This document shows positions 18,788 through 26,656 of a stretch of 39,404 nucleotides of DNA, in pieces. The stretch lies in sequence record DRR723986_14244; one strand, written 5' to 3'. Both the position numbers and the translations under genes were made by a program. The notes under the pieces are model-generated. The model searched no databases. It was not told where the DNA came from and saw nothing but the letters and a program-made list of their open reading frames with translations. Every line of letters begins with the position of its first letter. Position 1 is the stretch's first letter.

Positions 18788-19480
18788 ATGAAAACAGAAA
18801 CAATTTCCCAAAAAAACGGTCATCAATTAAACGGATTTAGTATTGAAGATATAGGTGATGATCATTTATTTACAAGTTTAGACACACCAATGAAGCCAAA
18901 TGCTTTTGATATGTCTAATGAAGAAAAGAAAAAACGCATTTCCATTTTATTTTCAGAAATAATGGATGTTTTAGGTTTAGATTTAACGGACGATTCATTA
19001 AGAGGTACACCAGACCGTGTAGCAAAAATGTATGTTGATGAAATATTTTCAGGATTAGATCCCGAGAATAAACCGAAGATAGCCTTGTTTGATAACAAGT
19101 ACCAGTACAACCAAATGCTAGTTGAGAAGAATATTACATTCTACTCTAATTGCGAACACCATTTTGTACCAATTATTGGTAAGGCGCACATTGCTTATAA
19201 GTCGTCTGGAAAAGTCATTGGGTTATCAAAACTCAACCGTATTGTGCAGTATTATGCGAAACGTCCACAAGTACAAGAGCGATTAACTAATCAAATTGCA
19301 AATGAACTAAAGACGGTTTTAGAAACAGAAGATGTGGCCGTTATTATAGACGCCAAACATTTATGTGTTTCCTCTAGAGGTGTAAAAGACGATACCTCAG
19401 CTACAGTAACGACCTATTATGGCGGCATATTTAACACGCCAGAAAAAATTGCAGAATTACAAAACTATTTAAATAATTAA
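18788..19480 (+). CDS. folE: GTP cyclohydrolase I
   Basis: TPDRVAKMY, CEHHFVP, GLSKLNR, RPQVQERLT and HLCVSSRGV. Confidence 0.96.
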   Translation: MKTETISQKNGHQLNGFSIEDIGDDHLFTSLDTPMKPNAFDMSNEEKKKRISILFSEIMDVLGLDLTDDSLRGTPDRVAKMYVDEIFSGLDPENKPKIALFDNKYQYNQMLVEKNITFYSNCEHHFVPIIGKAHIAYKSSGKVIGLSKLNRIVQYYAKRPQVQERLTNQIANELKTVLETEDVAVIIDAKHLCVSSRGVKDDTSATVTTYYGGIFNTPEKIAELQNYLNN

Positions 19481-19483
19481 GCT

Positions 19484-19711
19484 ATGGATATTTTAGAAAA
19501 AGCAGTTGAGTTTGAAAACAGAAAGCATTCATTTAAAACAACTAGTGACAGAATTTTAGCAGCAAGAGAAGCTAAGGAAATCATACTAGGTGTTAATGAA
19601 ATTTACAAACAAAGAAAAGATGCTGAATTAATGGATTTAATGAAGCGTCTTACCGTAGTTAAACAAAAAATAGAGAAGCGCCTTAAGGGTCGTCCTCTCA
19701 CAGCAGCATAA
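19484..19711 (+). CDS. Hypothetical small basic helical protein
   Basis: 75-aa ORF with 3-nt gaps on both sides. Confidence 0.7.
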   Translation: MDILEKAVEFENRKHSFKTTSDRILAAREAKEIILGVNEIYKQRKDAELMDLMKRLTVVKQKIEKRLKGRPLTAA

Positions 19712-19714
19712 GCA

Positions 19715-20401
19715 ATGAGTAGATTAATAGTGATTGGAGGAAGCAAAGGTATTGGCAATGCAATTGTCACATCTTTGCTTTCTTCTTATGATGAAGTCGT
19801 AAATATTAGTAGAACCGAACCAGAGCAGTCTGTAAATAATTTAACGCATTACGATTGTGATGTGCTTACTGATGAGTTACCAGACATTGACTCTGCAGAC
19901 GGTTTGGTCTATTGTCCTGGAAGTATAAATTTAAAACCTATAAACCGTCTTAGCATAGACGATTTTAAAAGTGATTTTGATATTAATGTTCTTGGTGCAG
20001 TAAAAGCAATACAGAAGTATTTACCAGCTTTACAAAATGGTAATAATCCATCCGTAGTGTTATTTAGTACTGTTGCAGCGAAATTAGGTATGCCGTTTCA
20101 TGCCAGTGTAGCAGCTTCTAAATCTGCTGTCGAAGGACTTACCAAATCACTTGGAGCGGAATTAGCACCTACAATACGAGTTAATGCAATTGCGCCTACA
20201 GTAACTGATACGGATTTGGCCTCTAAATTGTTACGTAATGAACGTATGATTGACAATATGAACGAGCGCCATCCATTAAAAAAGTACTTACAACCAGAAG
20301 AAGTAGCAGATATGGCTGGATTTTTACTTTCAGATAAAGCGGCATCAATGTCTGGACAAGTATTTGAAATGGATTGTGGTATTGTTAGTTTTAAAATTTA
20401 A
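19715..20401 (+). CDS. Short-chain dehydrogenase/reductase
   Basis: GGSKGIG and IRVNAIAP. The catalytic YxxxK is replaced by VAASK. Confidence 0.9.
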   Translation: MSRLIVIGGSKGIGNAIVTSLLSSYDEVVNISRTEPEQSVNNLTHYDCDVLTDELPDIDSADGLVYCPGSINLKPINRLSIDDFKSDFDINVLGAVKAIQKYLPALQNGNNPSVVLFSTVAAKLGMPFHASVAASKSAVEGLTKSLGAELAPTIRVNAIAPTVTDTDLASKLLRNERMIDNMNERHPLKKYLQPEEVADMAGFLLSDKAASMSGQVFEMDCGIVSFKI

Positions 20402-20405
20402 TAGT

Positions 20406-20945
20406 ATGAACCCATTAAAAGCATTTGTAGGTACGTTAACTGCAACAGATAAAGAAATTGTCAATAAGGCAACAGAGTCTATTTACAAAATTAAGATTAA
20501 TAGTCTTCAAGGTAAGGCTCTAGATTTAGCATCATTTGAGGGTAAGAAAATCTTATTTGTTAATGTTGCTTCAAAATGCGGTTTTACACCACAATATAGG
20601 GAATTACAAAAACTTTATGACACCTATAAGGACCAACTTGTTATTATTGGTGTACCATGTAATCAATTTGGCAGACAAGAGCCAGGTGATTCAGATGAGA
20701 TTGAAGAATTTTGTGAGATAAATTATGGTGTGACATTTCCAATAACAGAAAAAATTGATGTGAACGGAAGTAACCAGCATCCTTTGTATGCATGGTTAAC
20801 TAAAAAGTATGTCAACGGTAAGCAAAATTCATCAGTAAAATGGAATTTTCAAAAGTATTTGGTAGATGATAAAGGTCAATTTTTAGACTATTTCTATTCT
20901 ATAACTAAACCTTTCAATTCCAGAATTACTAAGTACTTAAAATAA
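20406..20945 (+). CDS. Glutathione peroxidase (Cys type)
   Basis: VNVASKCGFT, PCNQFGRQEP and KWNFQKYL. ATG 20406 follows the SDR stop. Confidence 0.93.
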   Translation: MNPLKAFVGTLTATDKEIVNKATESIYKIKINSLQGKALDLASFEGKKILFVNVASKCGFTPQYRELQKLYDTYKDQLVIIGVPCNQFGRQEPGDSDEIEEFCEINYGVTFPITEKIDVNGSNQHPLYAWLTKKYVNGKQNSSVKWNFQKYLVDDKGQFLDYFYSITKPFNSRITKYLK

Positions 20946-20951
20946 AGATAT

Positions 20952-21119
20952 ATGTTTGGACTATTTAAAAAAACATCAGAATTAGAAAAATTGCAAAAGC
21001 AATATGAAAAGCTAATGGCAGATTGGCATAAATTATCTACAACTAATCGTGCAGAAAGTGATAAGAAATACGCTGAAGCCCAGAAAGTAATTGACCAAAT
21101 TGAAGTTTTAAAACAATAA
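20952..21119 (+). CDS. Lacal_2735-type small protein, 55 aa; not in ORF track
   Basis: MFGLFKKTSELEKLQKQYEKLMADWHKLSTTNRAESDKKYAEAQKVIDQIEVLKQ fills the gap with 6-nt spacers on both sides. Confidence 0.82.
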   Translation: MFGLFKKTSELEKLQKQYEKLMADWHKLSTTNRAESDKKYAEAQKVIDQIEVLKQ

Positions 21120-21125
21120 CTCGTT

Positions 21126-21599
21126 TTGAATAAGATTTACTTATTGTTACTGTTTTTAGCTGTCAACTTTGGTGGTTTAGCATTAGGTAATATGTTTATG
21201 GGAGATGCCGTTAATGGAAAATGGTATATCAATTTAAACAAAGCGCCATGGACGCCTCCAGGTTGGGTATTTGGAGTTGCATGGACCACTATAATGATAT
21301 GCTTTTCAATTTACCTATCCTATTTATTTTCCTTACGTAGTTCAAGATACGTTCTTGCAATTTATTGTCTGGCTTTAGTCTTAAATGTAAGTTGGAATTA
21401 CTTTTTCTTCAATCAAAACTTAACAAGTGTAGCCTTATTCGTTCTAATATTTCTGCTATTAGTAATCATTTATTTCTTTATCAGTTTTGGTGATGAAGAA
21501 TTGAGTAAAATGAAATATTTATTACTTCCTTACATAATTTGGCTTTGTATTGCCATATCTTTAAATGGATATGTGGTACTAAAAAATTGGTTCAAATAA
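21126..21599 (+). CDS. tspO: TspO/MBR family tryptophan-rich sensory protein
   Basis: WYINLNKAPWTPPGWVFGVAW, LNVSWNYFFF and LLPYIIW. Confidence 0.9.
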   Translation: MNKIYLLLLFLAVNFGGLALGNMFMGDAVNGKWYINLNKAPWTPPGWVFGVAWTTIMICFSIYLSYLFSLRSSRYVLAIYCLALVLNVSWNYFFFNQNLTSVALFVLIFLLLVIIYFFISFGDEELSKMKYLLLPYIIWLCIAISLNGYVVLKNWFK

Positions 21600-22060
21600 T
21601 GAAGATATATACTTTACATCAAAAACAAAGGCTGCCTATTAGCCTAGATGATGCGTGGGAATTTTTATGTAACCCTGCCAATTTATCTAAATTAACACCT
21701 ACAGAAATGAAAATGAAAATTATTTCTGGTCCTGATAGACCAATGTATGCTGGGCAAGTATTACAATACTCTGTAACTCCATTACCAGGATTTAAAACAA
21801 AATGGGTGAGTGAAATCACTCATTATGAAGATAAAAAATACTTCGTTGATCTTCAACTATATGGTCCTTATGCCTTTTGGCATCATAAGCATTTCGTTCA
21901 TGAAATTGAAGGCGGTGTAGAAATGGAAGACATAATAGATTATAAAGTACCTTTTGGTATGTTAGGTCAATTGTTTCATCCTATTTTAGTTAAACCAAAA
22001 CTAAACTCTATTTTTAATTACAGAAAAGAGAAAATGGAATCAATTTTCGGTAAGTATTAG
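21599..22060 (+). CDS. SRPBCC/START-fold ligand-binding protein
   Basis: AWEFLCNPANLSKLTP, FVDLQLYGPYAFWHHKH and IFNYR. TAATG overlap with tspO. Confidence 0.85.
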   Translation: MKIYTLHQKQRLPISLDDAWEFLCNPANLSKLTPTEMKMKIISGPDRPMYAGQVLQYSVTPLPGFKTKWVSEITHYEDKKYFVDLQLYGPYAFWHHKHFVHEIEGGVEMEDIIDYKVPFGMLGQLFHPILVKPKLNSIFNYRKEKMESIFGKY

Positions 22061-22104
22061 AACAGAAAATTATTACGAATAACCAAACTAAATGATTCGA
22101 TAAA

Positions 22105-23409
22105 ATGAGTAAAAAAGTAAATATATTTTGGTTTAGAAGAGATTTAAGACTCGATGATAATGTAGGTTTTTATGAATCCTTGAGAGGCAATAACCCTGTT
22201 CTGCCAATTTTTATTTTTGATACAGAAATACTAGATAAACTTCCTGAGGACGATGCACGTGTTTCATTTATTCATGAAACGTTACAAAATATGAGGCAAA
22301 AGCTTCAAATTGAACATAACAGTAGTATTGCTATTTACAATGGCAAACCAATTGAAGTTTTTAAAAATCTAGTAAAAGAGTTTGAGGTTGATACTATTTA
22401 CACAAATCATGATTATGAACCATATGCTAAGAAACGTGACCAAGAGGTAGGACAATTTTTAAAGGATAAAAATATTTCATTTAAATCCTTTAAGGATCAA
22501 GTTATTTTTGAAAAAGATGAGGTTGTAAAAAAAGATGGTGATCCTTATGTGGTATACACACCATATATGAGAACGTGGAAAGAGAAATTTAAAACCATTG
22601 AATTAGAAATATATTATACCAACTCATACTTAGAAAACCTTATAGAGCATAGCAGATTACCGAACCTTTCATTGAGTGATATTGGTTTCAAAAAGTCTTC
22701 TCAAGAGATTACAGCATATGATGTTACTCCAACATTAATTCAAGAGTATGAGGACACAAGGAATTTTCCAGCAAAAGATGCTACATCAAGATTAGGACCT
22801 CATCTAAGATTTGGCACTGTAAGTGTTAGGAAAATGATAAAAAAAGCTATCGCAGAAGAAAATGAAATATTTTGGCAAGAGTTGATTTGGCGTGAGTTTT
22901 TTATGCAAATTTTATGGCAATTTCCACATACCAAGGACAAAGCTTTTAAAGCTAAATATGATAGGATAGAATGGAGAAATAATGAAGATGAATTTAAATT
23001 GTGGTGCGAAGGCAAAACCGGATATCCACTAGTAGATGCAGGTATGCGACAATTAAATGAAACTGGCTTTATGCACAATAGAGTGCGCATGCTGGTTGGT
23101 AGTTTTTTATGTAAACATTTACTTATCGATTGGCGTTGGGGAGAAGCTTATTTTGCCGAGAAACTACATGATTATGAAATGGCGAGTAATGTTGGTAATT
23201 GGCAATGGGTTGCAGGTTCTGGTGTTGATGCTGCACCATATTTTAGAATATTTAATCCAACCTCACAAATTGATAAATTTGATAAAAACAGAAGTTATAT
23301 TAAAAAGTGGGTTAAAGATTTTGAGACAGAAAACTATCCGGAAAAAATGGTAGATCATAAAATGGCTAGAGAACGATGCTTAGAAACTTATAAAAATGCA
23401 CTCAATTAA
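22105..23409 (+). CDS. phr: CPD photolyase (class I/III)
   Basis: WFRRDLRLDDN, TSRLGPHLRFG, ELIWREF, MHNRVRM and GNWQWVAGSGVDAAPYFRIFNP. Confidence 0.93.
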   Translation: MSKKVNIFWFRRDLRLDDNVGFYESLRGNNPVLPIFIFDTEILDKLPEDDARVSFIHETLQNMRQKLQIEHNSSIAIYNGKPIEVFKNLVKEFEVDTIYTNHDYEPYAKKRDQEVGQFLKDKNISFKSFKDQVIFEKDEVVKKDGDPYVVYTPYMRTWKEKFKTIELEIYYTNSYLENLIEHSRLPNLSLSDIGFKKSSQEITAYDVTPTLIQEYEDTRNFPAKDATSRLGPHLRFGTVSVRKMIKKAIAEENEIFWQELIWREFFMQILWQFPHTKDKAFKAKYDRIEWRNNEDEFKLWCEGKTGYPLVDAGMRQLNETGFMHNRVRMLVGSFLCKHLLIDWRWGEAYFAEKLHDYEMASNVGNWQWVAGSGVDAAPYFRIFNPTSQIDKFDKNRSYIKKWVKDFETENYPEKMVDHKMARERCLETYKNALN

Positions 23410-23530
23410 CAATTAGATTAAAATATATTTAATTTTTTAATTGATTTTATAATAATATAAAATTTTCAACGTTATGAAAGTCTAAGACGTCTGCGTCTTA
23501 ACCGAAATAACCATTTCAATAAACAATTTC

Positions 23531-23569
23531 AAAAAAGCTCTGATTGGTCTCAGAGCTTTTTTCTTTTTT
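23531..23569 (+). terminator. Intrinsic terminator closing the light-response cluster
   Basis: AAAAAAGCTCTGA-TTGGTC-TCAGAGCTTTTTT followed by further T's. Confidence 0.88.
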
Positions 23570-23606
23570 GTACCAAATCACTATTTATTTGAATGCCTAT
23601 AAAACT

Positions 23607-23639
23607 AAAAAAGAAAGGCTTCAAGTTGTTCTTGAAGCC
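23607..23639 (-). terminator. Intrinsic terminator of murA
   Basis: GGCTTCAAG-N5-CTTGAAGCC, followed by TTTCTTTTTT on the minus strand. Confidence 0.85.
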
Positions 23640-23673
23640 ATTTTAATCCTTATAAGTATTCTATTATAAATAT

Positions 23674-24990
23674 CTAATTACCTGGTAATCTTACGATTTT
23701 TGCGCCAATAGCTCTTAAACGCTCATCTATATTTTCATAGCCTCTATCGATTTGCTCTATATTATGTATAATTGAAGTACCCTTTGCTGACAAAGCTGCA
23801 ATTAATAATGAAATACCAGCTCTAATATCTGGTGAAGTCATAGTCGTTGCTTTTAGAGTAGATTTAAAATCATGCCCAATTACTGTAGCTCTATGTGGGT
23901 CACAAAGAATAATTTTCGCACCCATATCAATTAGTTTATCAACGAAGAATAAACGACTTTCAAACATTTTTTGATGAATTAAAACCTCTCCTCTAGCCTG
24001 AGTTGCTATTACCAAAACAATACTCAATAAATCAGGTGTAAATCCTGGCCAAGGTGCATCTGCTATAGTTAATATGGACCCATCAATATAATTTTGAATT
24101 TGATAACCATCTTTATGAGCTGGAATATGTATATCATCTCCTTGCTGCTCAACTGTAATGCCGAGCTTTCTAAATACATTTGGAATCTGGCCTAAATCAT
24201 CCCAACTAACATCTTTAATAGTTAATTCACTTTTTGTCATTGCAGCTAGACCAATCCAGCTTCCAATTTCAATCATATCTGGTAACATTGTATGCTCAGT
24301 ACCTCCTAAACTATCAACACCATCAATTATAAGCATGTTAGAACCTATACCTGAAATCTTTGCTCCCATTCTATTGAGCATTTTACATAACTGTTGTAAA
24401 TAAGGTTCGCACGCTGCATTATATATCGTAGTTCTACCTTCTGCTAATACTGCAGCCATAACTATATTAGCAGTACCTGTAACGGAAGCTTCGTCTAAAA
24501 GCATAAATGTTCCTTTTAGCTTCTCTGCCTCCACACCATAAAAATGATCTTCACGGTTATATCTAAAATTAGCACCTAGATTTATAAATCCTTCGAAATG
24601 CGTATCTAGTCGTCTTCGTCCAATTTTATCACCGCCAGGTTTAGGAATATAACCTTTACCAAATCTTGCAAGTAATGGCCCAACAATCATAATAGATCCT
24701 CTGAGTCCTCTACCCTCTACTTTGAATGCATCAGACTCTAAATAACCTAGGTCAATATTTTCGGCTTTAAAAGAATATGTATTTGGTCCTTGCTTATGTA
24801 CTTCTACACCTAAGTTTCCTAATAATGTAATAAGCTTGTTGACATCAACTATGTCTGGAATATTATTGATAACAACTTCATCTGGCGTGAGCAAAACTGC
24901 ACATAAAATTTGCAATGCTTCATTCTTTGCTCCTTGTGGCCGTATAGAACCTTTTAACTGGTGACCACCTTCAATTTTAAATGTACTCAT
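23674..24990 (-). CDS. murA: UDP-N-acetylglucosamine 1-carboxyvinyltransferase
   Basis: GAKNEAL, LRGSI, PGGDKIGRR, SVTGTAN, PWPGFTPDL, DIRAG and IDRGYE. Confidence 0.96.
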   Translation of the reverse strand: MSTFKIEGGHQLKGSIRPQGAKNEALQILCAVLLTPDEVVINNIPDIVDVNKLITLLGNLGVEVHKQGPNTYSFKAENIDLGYLESDAFKVEGRGLRGSIMIVGPLLARFGKGYIPKPGGDKIGRRRLDTHFEGFINLGANFRYNREDHFYGVEAEKLKGTFMLLDEASVTGTANIVMAAVLAEGRTTIYNAACEPYLQQLCKMLNRMGAKISGIGSNMLIIDGVDSLGGTEHTMLPDMIEIGSWIGLAAMTKSELTIKDVSWDDLGQIPNVFRKLGITVEQQGDDIHIPAHKDGYQIQNYIDGSILTIADAPWPGFTPDLLSIVLVIATQARGEVLIHQKMFESRLFFVDKLIDMGAKIILCDPHRATVIGHDFKSTLKATTMTSPDIRAGISLLIAALSAKGTSIIHNIEQIDRGYENIDERLRAIGAKIVRLPGN

Positions 24991-24996
24991 ACGTTG

Positions 24997-25638
24997 TTAA
25001 TAACGTTTTCTGTTGGAATATTTTTTCTTTGATTTTTTTGAACCGCCTTTATTACTATACTTAGATTTTGTTCGTAATAGGCTCGAAGATTCACTTAGAT
25101 CCTCTTCACTATCCTTTAAATTGATTTTACCATCTGACAATTCAAAAAGATGATCAAATATAACTGCATCTTCAACTGTGTCTTTATTCCAATTCAAGAA
25201 ACATTTTTTCATATGATTGGCAATAGTATAAACTAAAGCCTCTTTTAACTCACCCTCTTCCCAGCCTACAGCAACATCTATCATCGTTTTTATATTGTTA
25301 CCGTAAAAACGATATTTAGGATGATTTTGCGGATATTTTAATGGCTCAGGTCTGGATTTCAACTCCTCTTCTGAAGGTTTCTCGTAGGGAGAATCAGCGT
25401 CTAATTCAAAATTAGACATAATAAAAAGCTGATCCCACAACTTATGTTGAAAATCGGGCACATCTCGCAAATGAGGTTGCAAATTACCCATTACTGAAAT
25501 GATAGCTTTCGCCACTTTATTTCTTTCTTCTTTGGTTTCGCGTGTTTTAGCATAATTAATCATCTTCTGCAGATGACGACCATATTCTGGTATAATTAAA
25601 TGCTCGCGTTCTGTGTTGTATTCTAAATCGTCAATCAA
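24997..25638 (-). CDS. DUF4290 domain protein
   Basis: LEYNTEREHLIIPEYGR, HKLWDQL and IANHMKK. Probable TTG start at 25638, though the ORF extends to 25704. Confidence 0.82.
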   Translation of the reverse strand: MIDDLEYNTEREHLIIPEYGRHLQKMINYAKTRETKEERNKVAKAIISVMGNLQPHLRDVPDFQHKLWDQLFIMSNFELDADSPYEKPSEEELKSRPEPLKYPQNHPKYRFYGNNIKTMIDVAVGWEEGELKEALVYTIANHMKKCFLNWNKDTVEDAVIFDHLFELSDGKINLKDSEEDLSESSSLLRTKSKYSNKGGSKKSKKKYSNRKRY

Positions 25639-25729
25639 AATTGTAAATTGTGTAGTAAATAATTCTAAAACCCCGAAGTCTCTAGGTTTTGTTGCAAAGT
25701 ACAAAAAAATAGCTAGCTTAAAAGAAATT

Positions 25730-26023
25730 TTAAAGGGAAATTACTCCTTCAACTTTTTCTGCAACTTCTTTATATTTTACAATAACCTCATCCGGATTTT
25801 TCATTCTTACATTAACAGAAACGCTTGTATATTTTCCGTTCTTTGACGGTCTAGTTTTTATAACAGCTCCTAAATGGTTAAATAAAGCTTTTATTTCATT
25901 TACCTTAGTGGTGTCTGAGACCACTATAAATTTATATAAATATTCCGTTGGCCAAAGCTCCGTATCTTGTAACTGTGACTTTAGTTTTACGTAAAATTCT
26001 TCTGTCTTTTTTGAACTATCCAT
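25730..26023 (-). CDS. DUF493 (YbeD-like) protein
   Basis: WPTEYLYKFIV, SKNGKYTSVS and VISL end. ATG 26023 is supported by a -7 element TATCTTTG at 26049-26042. Confidence 0.85.
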   Translation of the reverse strand: MDSSKKTEEFYVKLKSQLQDTELWPTEYLYKFIVVSDTTKVNEIKALFNHLGAVIKTRPSKNGKYTSVSVNVRMKNPDEVIVKYKEVAEKVEGVISL

Positions 26024-26114
26024 TATCTTTTTTTTCAAAAGCAAAGATACATTTAACTTTGCATTTTTCGTTTTAATTATTTATCACGAATTTTACTGCA
26101 AAAACATTGCCAAT

Positions 26115-26654
26115 TTGAATACAAAAAAGATAGTTATAACTGGCGGTCCTGGCACCGGAAAGTCGTCAATTATAAACCATTTAAAGTCTAGAGGCTTTAT
26201 TTGTTATGATGAAATCTCTAGAGAGGTAACTTTACAAGCCAGAAAAGACGGTATAGAACAACTATTCTTAACAGAACCTCTTCTCTTTAGTGAAAAACTG
26301 TTGGAAGGTAGAATTAAACAATTTAAGAATGCTTTAAATGAAGACAAACATTTAGTGTTTTTAGACAGAGGTTTACCTGACGTTTTGGCTTATATGGATT
26401 ATATAGGAGATAGTTATCCAAATAATTTTGTAGAAACTTGCAAGTCACATACTTACGATTATGTTTTTGTGTTAGCACCATGGCAAGAAATTTTTGTAAG
26501 TGATAGTGAACGTTATGAGAATTTTGAGCAAGCCATAGAGATTCATCATCATTTATTAGAAACATATATGCGCTTTGGCTATCAATTAATAGATGTTCCG
26601 TTTGAAACTATAGAAAAGCGTACAGATTTTGTTCTAGAGGTCTTAAATTTGTAA
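26115..26654 (+). CDS. P-loop AAA_28-type (NadR/Ttd14-like) ATPase/kinase
   Basis: GGPGTGKS, FLDRGLPD and ERYE. Confidence 0.85.
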   Translation: MNTKKIVITGGPGTGKSSIINHLKSRGFICYDEISREVTLQARKDGIEQLFLTEPLLFSEKLLEGRIKQFKNALNEDKHLVFLDRGLPDVLAYMDYIGDSYPNNFVETCKSHTYDYVFVLAPWQEIFVSDSERYENFEQAIEIHHHLLETYMRFGYQLIDVPFETIEKRTDFVLEVLNL

Positions 26655-26656
26655 TA

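Noticed and set aside
20406-20945. Selenocysteine glutathione peroxidase
   Set aside because: The active-site codon is TGC (Cys) and there is no in-frame TGA.
23471-23511. Hammerhead ribozyme (GAAA/CGAAA segments around a hairpin)
   Set aside because: The CUGANGA core and three-stem junction are absent.
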